This document shows positions 25,773 to 37,800 of a DNA stretch of 64,000 nucleotides, in pieces. The position numbers and the translations under genes were made by a program. The notes beneath the pieces are model-generated. The model had not been told where the DNA came from. It searched no databases and saw nothing but the letters and a program-made list of their open reading frames with translations. The first letter of the stretch is position 1. Every line of letters starts with the position of its first letter. The stretch is from Macrostomum lignano (lineage: Eukaryota), in assembly GCA_002269645.1 (NCBI GenBank), contig NIVC01003258.1:1-64000 (forward strand), read 5' to 3'.

Positions 25773-28700
25773 ATGCCACCTAACAGTCGGTGCATTGGAG
25801 ACAGAAAATCATTTAAACGCATTGTATGGCAGTATTTTTGGCGAACTCATCAATATTGTCGACTAGCAGTCCTGCTGCCATTGATTTGTGCATTTGTGCT
25901 TGGACTAACATTCGGTATTTGGATTTGTCAGTTGGATTCTAGGGCTGCCTCCAATGGGAATATCTTACCAACTATCTATGTTGTGACAGCTACTTACAAG
26001 TAAGGTTATAACACAGTTGGACTTTAGCCTAAACACAATAATAGCAACAATGTAAATTTACCCCAAGTACAAATTTCATCACATGACTGCTTTTGCACAT
26101 TTATTATCCGTTCGAACAATGCATCGATTGCACTCTCAGCAACATGTTATAGTTTCCAACCGAAATCAGATTATAAGGACTGAGAATTGAGACTGGTAGC
26201 TTTAATACAACGCTAGCCATTACTTCTCACTCTCTCCTCACAGCCTATGCTAGGGCCTCCTTGTGACGCAAATTGCATCATCCCTATTTGAGACGAAAAC
26301 TACGGGCGTGGCTTTAATTGGTTAAATTAGTGTTAGTGGGGGTCTATATATCCGAAATTTCATATCTCTGACACTTCAGTTCAGCAGAATCTCACAGTTC
26401 TGACACCATATCTTCGAGACATCATTTCTCCGTTAGGGTTAAGTTGGTTGGAGACATGAATTGTCGGAGATATGAAGTGTCGGAGATATGAAGTGTCGGA
26501 GATATGAAGTGTCGGAGATATGAAACTGTTGGAGACATGAAGTGTCGGAGATATGAAACTGTTGGAGACATGAAGTGTCGGAGATAGGAAAGTGTCGGAG
26601 ATAGGAAAGTGTCGGAGATAGGAAAGTGTCGGAGATATGAAAGTGTCGGAGATATGAAAGTGTCGGAGATATGAAAGTGTCGGAGATAGGAAAGTGTCGG
26701 AGACATGAAGTGTTGGAGACATGAAGTGACGGAGATATGAAAGTGTCGGAGATATGAAAGTGATGGAGACATGAAGTGTTGGAGATATGAAGTGTCGGAG
26801 ACATGAAGTGTCGGATATATGAAAGTGTCGGAGACATGAAGTGTCGGGAGTTATGAAGTGTCGGAGTTATGAAGTGTCGGAGTTATGAAGTGTCGGAGAT
26901 ATGAAAACAAGCTGCTTTTCGGAGTTATGAAACCCCCGTTTCGGGGTGGAAACTTTAACACGTTGCCAAGTGTACACTGGTAAAAAAATTTAAGCGTTTC
27001 CCTACGGACTTCTGCCTTAGTTACGCAACAATGTCTCAACCTTAACTCTAGGCGACCTGAGCAGCGAGCTGAACTCACTAGACTCTGCAACACCCTCGCC
27101 AGAGTGCCTGCAATTCACTGGCTAGTTGTAGAAGACGCCGATTCTCCATCGTCTCTGGTTGCCGACACCATTGGGAACTGCGGTGTGCTTTCTTATACTC
27201 ATCTATACGTGGCCACACCAGAGGATGAGAAGCTCAAGTCAACTGAGCCCTATTGGTGGCGGCCGAAGGGTGTCAGACAGCGCAATTTGGCTTTCGAATG
27301 GTTACGCAACGATCCGTCTAGAACTGGCGTTATGTACATAGCTGACGATGACAATACCTATGATGTGCGATTGTTTGACGAGATTAGGGCTACTCGGCGA
27401 GTATCGGTATGGCCTGTAGCCTTTGCTGGCGGCCTGCTGTACGAGGGAATTCGCTGTGCTCATGGTCGAGTACTAGTAAGCCGGCGTTGGTTTATTGCGT
27501 TATTAAAAGTACATTCTGTTCTTTAAGGCATCGTTTTTCATATTATTTAGCTACAAAATAGCTAGCTCTTACTCTACCAGAATAGTCATTAGGCTACCAG
27601 AATAGTCATTAGGCTACCAGAATAGTCATTAGGCTCCCAGAATAGTCATTAGGCAACCAGAATAGTCATTAGGCTCCCAGAATAGTCATTAGGCTACCAG
27701 AATAGTCATTAGGCTACCAGAATAGTCATTAGGCTCCCAGAATAGTCATTAGGCAACCAGAATAGTCATTAGGCTCCCAGAATAGTCATTAGACTACCAG
27801 AATAGTCATTAGACTACCAGAATAGTCATCAGGCTACCAGAATAGTCATCAGGCTACCAGAATAGTCATTAGGCTACCAGAATAGTCATTAGGCTACAAG
27901 AATAGTCATTAGGCTACAAGAATAGTCATTAGGCTACAAGAATAGTCATTAGGCTACCAGAATAGTCATTAGGCTACCAGAATAGTCATTAGGCTACCAG
28001 AATAGTCATTAAGCTAACAGAATAGTCATTAGGCTACCAGAATAGTCATTAGGCTACCAGAATAGTCATTAGGCTACCAGAATAGTCATTAGGCTACAAG
28101 AATAGTCATTAGGCTACCAGAATAGTCATTAGGCTACCACACTCTCACAGCTATTAGGCTACCACACTCTCACAGCCATTAGGCTACCACACTCTCACAG
28201 CCATTAGGCTACCACACTCTCACAGCTATTAGGCTACCACACTCTCACAGCCATTAGGCTACCACACTCTCACAGCCATTAGGCTACCACACTCTCACAG
28301 CCATTAGGCTACCACACTCTCACAGCCATTAGGCTACCACACTCTCACAGCCATTAGGCTACCACACTCTCACAGCCATTAGGCTACCACACTCTCACAG
28401 CTATTAGGCTACCACACTCTCACAGCTATTAGGCTACCACACTCTCACAGCCATTAGGCTACCACACTCTCACAGCTATTAGGCTACCACACTCTCACAG
28501 CTATTAGGCTACCACACTCTCACAGCCATTAGGCTACCACACTCTCACAGCCATTAGGCTACCACACTCTCACAGCTATTAGGCTACCACACTCTCACAG
28601 CCATTAGGCTACCACACTCTCACAGCTATTAGGCTACCACACTCTAACAGCTATTAGGTTATCACACTTCCACAGCCATTAGGCTACCACACTCTCACAG

Positions 28701-29603
28701 CCATTAGGCTAGCACACTCCCACAGCCATTAGGCTACCACACTTCCACAGCCATGACGTACTCACAAATGCATTTGAAAAGTACACAAAGAACTGGCATT
28801 AAAAACTCCACAACCTCAAAAACAGGGTTGGATTGTCGCGTTCAAGCCGCACCGCCAGTTTCCCCTGGACATGGCCGGCTTCGCCATCAATTTGCAGCTG
28901 CTGCATGAGCGACCGGCAGCCAAACTGGCCTACAAGGTTGAAAGAGGATTTCAGGTATCGGATTTGCTCGCATTAGCTAGCTCTAGTCATTTGAGTATCC
29001 ATTTGAAATTGTATAATTGGATATCTGCTGATTTGGGATATCTACTGATTTGGGATATCTGCTGATTTGGGATATCTACTGATTTGGGATATCTGCTGAT
29101 TTGGGATATCTACTGATTTGGGATATCTGCTGATTTGGGATATCTACTGATTTGGGATATCTACTAATTAGGGATATCTGCTGATTTGGGAAATCTACTG
29201 GTTTGGGATATCTACTGGTTTGGGATGTCTGCTGATTTGGGAAATCTACTGGTTTGGGATATCTACTGGTTTGGGATATCTGCTGATTTGGGAAATCTAC
29301 TGGTTTGGGAAATCTACTGGTTTGGGATATCTACTGGTTTGGGATATCTGCTGATTTGGGATATCTACCATGCGCAGATTCTTAATAGTATGTAATTAAA
29401 ATAATTACGCCGTTTCAACGCATCAACAGGAGAGCCTGCTGTTAACCAGCCTGGGCGTCCGTCAGTCTGACCTGGAAGCTCGGGCCAACGATTGCAGCAG
29501 AATTCTTGTCTGGCACACCAGAACAGCGCCGCCAAAGCTTAATAATGTTGCCCTGCTGGCTGAACGGGGGCTGACACTGCCGCCAGTGATTGGCCATGTG
29601 TGA
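25773..29603 (+). CDS. B3GAT: Beta-1,3-glucuronyltransferase (GlcAT-I/P family, GT43), join(25773..25999,27052..27475,28826..28954,29430..29603)
   Basis: Family motifs PTIYVVT, QRAELTRL, HWLVVED, QRNLA, YIADDDNTY, VSVWPV, FPLDMAGFA, ILVWHTRT. N-terminal transmembrane segment; all junctions GT-AG and phase-compatible. The start codon is the least certain part. Confidence 0.9.
26338..26937. repeat. Intronic 16-17-bp tandem array (GTGTCGGAGATATGAA) with partial inverted ends; possible foldback/MULE relic
   Basis: Left end GGGGGTCTA...TTTCATATCTCTGACACTTCA is the reverse complement of the array unit; right end ...AAACCCCC; no matching TSD found. Confidence 0.6.
27585..28755. repeat. Two abutting intronic minisatellites: 20-bp GGCTACCAGAATAGTCATTA then 25-bp GGCTACCACACTCTCACAGCCATTA
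   Basis: Direct inspection; both share the core ATTAGGCTACCA; switch near 28135. Confidence 0.95.
29020..29365. repeat. Intronic 17-bp minisatellite TACTGATTTGGGATATC
   Basis: Direct inspection; B3GAT intron 3. Confidence 0.9.
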
Positions 29604-29604
29604 T

Positions 29605-30380
29605 TGATTAGGGGATGTCTGTCTATTAGAGAATTGTCGATTAGGGGATGTCTGTCTATTAGAGAATTGTCGATTAGGGGATGTCTGTCTATTAGAGAAT
29701 TGTCGATTAGGGATGTCTGTCTATTAGAGTATTGTCGATTAGGGAATGTCTGTCTATTAGAGAATCGTCGATTAGGGGATGTCTGTCTATTAGAGGATTT
29801 CTGATTAGGGGATGTCTGTCTATTGGAGGATTTCTGATTAGGGGATGTCTGTCTATTAGAGGATTTTTTATTAGGGGATGTCTGTCTATTAGAGGATTAC
29901 TGATTAGAGGATGTCTGTCTATTAGAGTATTACTGATTAGGGGATGTCTGTCTATTAGAGGATTTCTGATTAAGGGATGTCTGTCTAATTAGAGGATTTC
30001 TGATTAGGGGATGTCCGTCTATTGGAGGATTACTGATTAGGGGATGTCTGTCTATTAGAGAATTGTCGATTAGGGGATGTCTGTCTATTAGAGAATCGTC
30101 GATTAGGGGATGTCTGTCTATTAGAGAATCGTCGATTAGGGGATGTCTGTCTATTAGAGAATCGTCGATTAGGGGATGTCTGTCTATTAGAGAATCGTCG
30201 ATTAGGGGATGTCTGTCTATTAGAGAATCGTCGATTAGGGGATGTCTGTCTATTAGAGAATCGTCGATTAGGGGATGTCTGTCTATTAGACGATTTCTGA
30301 TTAGGGGATGTCTGTCTAATTAGAGGATTTCTGATTAGGGGATGTCCGTCTATTGGAGGATTACTGATTAGGGGATGTCT
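29605..30380. repeat. About 33-bp minisatellite GATTAGGGGATGTCTGTCTATTAGAGAATCGTC starting right after the B3GAT stop codon
   Basis: Direct inspection. Confidence 0.9.
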
Positions 30381-30859
30381 GCTGATTACGGGAAATCCAC
30401 CATTACTTTTGACGTTAAGTGCCCTTTAAAAAGTTCAAATTAATCTCGTTGCTTCTCCCTCGTATTTGACTTGGCATGTAGCTTTGCGAACTCTCATAAA
30501 CGCTTAACTACTTTTCAGTAGCATAGTTCCGCTTTTTTAACTATCTGTTAGACTATTTTGCAAGAATATAATTTATATAATCGCACGGTTCTGTATGCAA
30601 TCGTTCACTTCCTTTGTTTATGAAATCAGACGCATGTGCATTTTAAGCTTATAGCATATATATACCCATGTATGCTATTCTATAGCTATTTATGATTTCT
30701 CCTTTGACTTTTTTACATACATCTCGCAGCTTCCAAACACCAAGTTTGCACCCGTGCTCTGCTGCTTAGCAAGCGAAAATAAACTCTTAATGCGCATATC
30801 CATACACGATAGATTTGTTTGGTGATTGTGCTTGCTTTTTACTAAATTAGTTACAACTA

Positions 30860-31737
30860 CTGATTTTAGGGATATCTGCTGATTTTAGGGATATCTGCTG
30901 ATTTTAGGGATATCTACTGATTTTAGAGATTTTAGGGATATCTACTGATTTTAGGGATTTTAGGGATATCTACTGATTTTAGGGATTTTAGGGATATCTA
31001 CTGATTTTAGGGATTTTAGGGATATCTACTGATTTTAGGGATTTTAGGGATATCTACTGATTTTAGGGATTTTAGGGATATCTACTGATTTTAGGGATTT
31101 TAAGGACATCTACTGATTTTAGGGATATCTACTGGTTTCAGAGATATCTACTGATTTTAGAGATATCTACTGATTTTAGGGATATCTACTGATTTTAGGG
31201 ATTTTAGGGATATCTACTGATTTTAGGGATTTTAGGGATATCTACTGATTTTAGGGATTTTAGGGATATCTACTGATTTTAGGGATTTTAGGGATATCTA
31301 CTGATTTTAGGGATTTTAGGGATATCTACTGATTTTAGGGATTTTAGGGACATCTACTGATTTTAGGGATATCTACTGATTTTAGGGATTTTAGGGATAT
31401 CTACTGATTTTAGGGATTTTAGGGATATCTACTGATTTTAGGGATTTTAGGGACATCTACTGATTTTAGGGATATCTACTGATTTTAGGGATTTTAGGGA
31501 TATCTACTGATTTTAGGGATTTTAGGGATATCTACTGATTTTAGGGATTTTAGGGATATCTACTGATTTTAGGGATTTTAGGGATATCTACTGATTTTAG
31601 GGATTTTAGGGACATCTACTGATTTTAGGGATATCTACTGGTTTCAGAGATATCTACTGATTTTAGAGATATCTACTGGTGTTAGGGATATCTATTGGTG
31701 TTAGTGATATCTACTGAATTTAGGGATATCTACTGAT
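30860..31737. repeat. 19/28-bp minisatellite TACTGATTTTAGGGA(TTTTAGGGA)TATC
   Basis: Direct inspection; related to the 29020-29365 unit. Confidence 0.9.
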
Positions 31738-31803
31738 CTATCAATAAAGGCATTTAAAACATTAGGATATAAACTTTCTGCCATACAAAGCTACTTGGCC
31801 GTG

Positions 31804-34800
31804 ATGGAAGTGACAGTGCCATCAAGTGCCTATTGCGGCTTCTATAACAAGCCAAGCGGGCCCGGGACAAACCAGCAGAGTGTGTCCGATCTCATGCTTC
31901 AGCAGCAGGGTCAGCAGATTTCTGCTAAACGGCAGTACCGCGGCGGGCCGCCGCCACCCCACATGCTGCAGCCGTATCGACAGCAACAGCCGCAGTTTAA
32001 ACGAAAATTTAACAACGGTCTTGGTAGGAACAATAGTAGCGTTGTTGTTGCACCGCAGCGGCCGCCTGTGCAGCAGTTTCACTGCGAATTGTGCGACGCG
32101 AAATGCACTGGCGAGGCGATGTTTAAATTGCACAGAGAGGGTTCCAAGTACGTTTGAATTTTGTCTGCCAGTATGCCCGTCAGTATGCGGGTCTTAAAGT
32201 TTAAAAGTACAAAGTACCATTGACGCTGCTCTTCCATTGGTCCTTCAGTTGGTCCTGCTTGATTCCTTCAGTCACTTCAGTTGGTCCTGCTAGATTCCTT
32301 CAGGTACTTCAGTTGGTCCTGCTTGATTCCTTCAGGTACTTCAGTTGGTCCTGCTAGATTCCTTCAGTCACTTCAGTTGGTCCTGCTAGATTCCTTCAGG
32401 TACTTCAGTTGGTCCTGCTTGATTCCTTCAGGTACTTCAGTTGGTCCTGCTAGATTCCTTCAGTCACTTCAGTTGGTCCTGCTTGATTCCTTCATGTACT
32501 TCAATTGGTCCTGCTTGATTCCTTCAGGTACTTCAGTTGGTGCTGCTTGATTCCTTCAGGTACTTCAGTTGGTCCTGCTTGATTCCTTCATGTACTTCAA
32601 TTGGTCCTGCTTGATTCCTTCAGGTACTTCAGTTGGTGCTGCTTGATTCCTTCAGGTACTTCAGTTGGTCCTGCTAGATTCCTTCAGTCACTTCAGTTGG
32701 TCCTGCTTGATTCCTTCAGGTACTTCAGTTGGTGCTGCTTGATTCCTTCAGGTACTTCAGTTGGTCCTGCTAGATTCCTTCAGTCACTTCAGTTGGTCCT
32801 GCTTGATTCCTTCATGTACTTCAGTTGGTCCTGCTTGATTCCTTCAGGTACTTCAGTTGGTGCTGCTTGATTCCTTCAGGTACTTCAGTTGGTCCTGCTA
32901 GATTCCTTCAGTCACTTCAGTTGGTCCTGCTTGATTCCTTCATGTACTTCAGTTGGTCCTGCTAGATTCCTTCAGTCACTTCAGTTGGTCCTGCTTGATT
33001 CCTTCATGTACTTCAGTTGGTCCTGCTAGATTCCTTCAGTCACTTCAGTTGGTCCTGCTTGATTCCTTCATGTACTTCAATTGGTCCTGCTTGATTCCTT
33101 CAGGTACTTCAGTTGGTGCTGCTTGATTCCTTCAGGTACTTCAGTTGGTCCTGCTTGATTCCTTCAGGTACTTCAGTTGGTCCTGCTAGATTCCTTTATG
33201 TACTTCAGTTGGTCCTGCTTGATTTTTCGGCTCCTACTCTTGTTTTAAATGGAACTTTCAATTGCTTATGTATTTTCGCTTGCCAGGCACCTCAAGAAGG
33301 AAAAGGAGAAGAAATTCCGCGAACTAAGCGAAGCCAAAGACCCGGAAGTGTACTGCGACATTTGCAATTTAACACTGCACCCGGAGCTCATGAAATCGCA
33401 TCGGGCCGGGGTCAAGCATCGCAAAGCTGCTGCTGGGGCGCTCAACCGAGGCGGCAGCGGTGCTAAGAAATCGCCAACTGGAAAGTCTGCTCTACCACCT
33501 GGCATCTATCGATTGGACCCAGCGAAGAGTGCCGCGGATAAGGATAAGGTGAGTGCAGACTTTTATTACCGTGTAATTAGCTATGTAGCTTTATTTTATT
33601 GTTAACTTTACGGTAGTATTTTTTAGATTTTGTGTTTTGAGTTATCAGATATGTAGATGTGACTTATCAGATATCGGGTGTGACCTGACAGATATCAGGT
33701 GTGACCTGTCAGATATGCAGGTGTGACCTGTCAGATATGCAGGTGTGACTTGTCAGATATCAGATGTGACCTGTCAGATATGCAGGTGTGACCTGACAGA
33801 TATCAGGTGTGACCTGTCAGATATGCAGGTGTGACTTATCAGATATCAGATGTGACCTGTCAGATATGCAGGTGTGACTTGTCAAATGTCAGGTGTGACC
33901 TGTCAGATATCCAGGTGTGACTTGTCAGATGTCAGGTGTGACCTGTCAGATATGCAGGTGTGACTTGTCAAATGTCAGGTGTGACCTGTCAGATATCCAG
34001 GTGTGACTTGTCAGATGTCAGGTGTGACCTGTCAGATATCAGGTGTGACCTGACAGATATCAGGTGTGACCTGTCAGATATGCAGGTGTGACTTGTCAGA
34101 TATCAGATGTGACCTGTCAGATATGCAGGTGTGACTTGTCAAATGTCAGGTGTGACCTGTCAGATATCCAGGTGTGACTTGTCAGATGTCAGGTGTGACC
34201 TGTCAGATATGCAGGTGTGACTTGTCAGATGTCAGGTACGACCTGTCAGATATCAGGTGACCTGTCATGTATGCAGCGGTGACACCTGTCAGATGTCAGG
34301 TGAGACCTGTCAGATGTCAGGTGTGACTTGTCAGATATGCAGGTGTGACTTGTCAGATATGCAGGTGTGACCTGTCAGATATGCAGATGTGACCTGTCAG
34401 ACATTAGGTGTGACCTGTCAGATATGCAGATGTGACCTGTCAGACATCAGGTGTGACCTGTCAGACATGCAGGTATGACCCGTCAGATATGCAGGTGTGA
34501 CCTGTCAGACATGCAGGTATGACCTGTCAGATATGCAGGTGTGACCTGTCAGACATGCAGGTGTGACCTGTCAGATATCCAGGTGTGACCTGTCAGACAT
34601 GCAGGTGTGACCTGTCAGATATGCAGGTGTGACCTGTCAGATATGCAGGTGTGACCTGTCAGATATGCAGGTGTGACCTGTCAGACATGCAGGTGTGACC
34701 TGTCAGATATGCAGGTGTGACCTGTCAGATATGCAGGTGTGACCTGTCAGACATGCAGGTATGACCTGTCAGATATCCAGGTGTGACCTGTCAGACATGC

Positions 34801-37800
34801 AGGTGTGACCTGTCAGATATCAGGTATGACCTGTCAGGTATGCAGGTGTGACTTGTCAGACATCAGGTGTGACCTGTCAGACATCAGGTGTGACCTGTCA
34901 GACATCAGGTGTGACTTGTCAGACATCAGGTGTGACCTGTCAGACATCAGGTATTGATTAAAATTAAACAAACCAGCTATTGCGCAGCGCGTCTGAAGGC
35001 TGCGTACGGCTGTTCAGTTGAACTACCGATCATAAATTTCTCCTATCCTCACTGCAGCCTCCCGGCGGTGCCACTGAAGCCTCATCATCATCGGCTGCTA
35101 ACGAAACTGCTGCTACAGCTGATGCCCAGAATGGCACCCAGCAACAGGCAGTCACTGTGCAGTCAATAGAGCAATATCTGAGCAGCCTAACTAAAGAACA
35201 ATTGATTAAAAAACTGCTCAAACAATACCCAATGCGTTGCTCAGTTTGCAATGCAGATTTCGACGCGTTCAAAGAGGCCGAGTTGCATTTCAATTCTAAA
35301 GCTCACCGGATGGCCTTTCAAAAGCTTCAACGCGACCAGAGTGGGTGGTGCAGTGCATTGAACTTATTTAGCATAATTTCTTATATACTCGTATATATAT
35401 CTAATAATGCTCCGTATTTGCAGTTGTTGGCCTCAGCTCCTCAACAATTCCCGGAGCTTTGGGAAAACAACATTAAAATTACAATTCAAAAAAAGGTAAT
35501 TTAATGTCGTTATAGATTCGAATAATTACCGACACTGCTTTCTTCATCCTGTCCTTCCTAATTCCATTGCTGTTTATAAAACTCCTTTTTAATTGACAGC
35601 AAGGGTCCGCTTGAGGACAAGATTATTAGTTTAAAGGCTTCCAACTATCCTAGAACTGGGTCTAATGACTCATTGGTAGACCAACTCTTGGACGCGGAGC
35701 AAACATTGTTTACGTATTTAAAATATATACATCAGAGCGTTCGTCCTTCCTAATTCCCTTGCTGTTAGTATAATCTCTAAGTGACAGCAAGGGTTCGCTT
35801 GAGGACAAGATTAGCTTTCGGCTTCCAACTATCCTAGAGCTGAGTCTTTATAAATATTGGTAGACCAGCTCTTGGACGCGAAGCGAACATCTGAATTGAA
35901 ATTCTTATTAATTTTTAAACTCTCCCACCTGTCCTTCAGTAGTTGCCGTTGTCTCCCACCTGTCCTTCAGTAGTTGCCGGCTGTCTCCCACCTGTCCTTC
36001 AGTGGTTGCCGGCTGTCTCCCACCTGTCCTTCAGTGGTTGCCGGCTGTCTCCCACCTGTCCTTCAGTTGTTGCCGGCTGTCTCCCACCTGTCCTTCAGTG
36101 GTTGCCGGCTGTCTCCCACCTGTCCTTCAGTGGTTGCCGGCTGTCTCCCACCTGTCCTTCAGTAGTTGCCGTTGTCTCCCACCTGTCCTTCAGTGGTTGC
36201 CACTCTTTACCACCTGTCCAGTGGTTGCCACTACCACCTGTCCTCCAGTGGTTGCCGCTGTCTCTTACTGTGGTTGCCGCTGTCTCTTATCTGTCCTTCA
36301 GTAGTTGCCGCTGTCTCCCACCTGTCCTCTTTGGAAACGTGTCATCACTTTTAATAATAATTCTAAGGCTAAAACTACTCAATTTAGTTGTCAATGTCCT
36401 TCCTAATTCTCTCGCTGTTATAAACTCCTAAGTGACAGCAAGGGTTCGCTTGAGGACAAGATTATATTTAACAGGCTTCCAACTATCCTAGAACTGATTC
36501 TTTATGATTGAATGGTAGACCAGCTCTTGGACGCGAAGCGAACATTGAAATATCTTGATTTAATTTTAACTTCTTGCTCTGAGCTCTTTAGTTAAAGGAA
36601 ATACTTGTAGTCTAACTACAAAAGAAAGTTTAATTATTAGTTTATATAGGGTAATTATTCCAATCTGTATCGGTGTCAGTGGAGGGTAATTATTCCAATC
36701 TATATCGGTGTCAGTGGAGGGTAATTATTCCAATCTGTATCGCTGTCAGTGGAGGGTAATTATTCCAATCTGTATCAGTGTTAGTGGAGGGTAATTATTC
36801 CAATCTGTATCGGTGTCAGTGGAGGGTAATTATTCCAATCTGTATCAGTGTCAGTGGAGGGTAATTATTCCAATCTGTATCAGTGTCAGTGGAGGGTAAT
36901 TATTCCAATCTGTATTAGTGTCAGTGGAGGGTAATTATTCCAATCTGTATCAGTGTCAGTGGAGGGTAACGGTCTTCCTGTTTGTCAGTTTTATGTAGTT
37001 TCCCACATATAGGTCTTGGACTTTGACAGGAGTGCATGCAGGAACCTCAGTCCTTCCTAATTCCCTTGCTGCTATGGGAACTCCAATTGACAGCAAGGGT
37101 TCGCTTGAGGACAAAATTAGATTTAGGCTTCCAACTATCCTAGAACTGGATCTTGATGTGCGATCAGTAGGCCAGTTCTTGGACGCGAAGCAAACATACA
37201 CAATGTTGGAATGTTACCTGCTACTACTAGTGATGTACTATTGTTTCAGTATAGTACTGAATCAAGGCTGTAATACTGTATAATACTGTATCAAGGCTTG
37301 TTTCAGTGTAAGCCTTAATTGGAGTCGTGTCATAACTTTCCATATTTTTCAAAGGCTTAATCTACTCAACCTGATTGTCAATGTCCTTCCTAATTCCCTC
37401 GCTGTTATAAACTCCTAAGTGACAGCAAGGGTTCGCTTGAGGACAAGATTAGCTTTCGGCTTCCAACTATCCTAGAACTGAGTCTTTATAAATATTGGTA
37501 GACCAGCTCTTGGACGCGAAGCGAACATCTGAATTGAAATTCTTATTCACTTTTTTCAACTCTCATAACTGCTGTCCTTCAGTAGTTGCCGCTGTCTCCC
37601 ACGTGTCCCTCAGTGGTTGCCGCTGTCTCCCACGTGTCCCTCAGTGGTGCCGCTGTCTCCCACGTGTCCCTCAGTGGTTGCCGCTGTCTCCCACCTGTCC
37701 TTCAGTGGTTGCCGCTGTCTTCCACCTGTCCTTCAGTGGTTGCCGCTGTCTTCCACCTGTCCTTCAGTGGTTGCCGCTGTCTCCTACCTGTCCTGCAGTG

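Noticed and set aside
37023-37283. ORF reading through the repeated unit (DSKGSLEDKIRFRLPTILEL), suggesting a repeated coding exon
   Set aside because: Other copies have indels and stops in loops and hinge while stems and H/ACA boxes are conserved; this fits an RNA, not a peptide.
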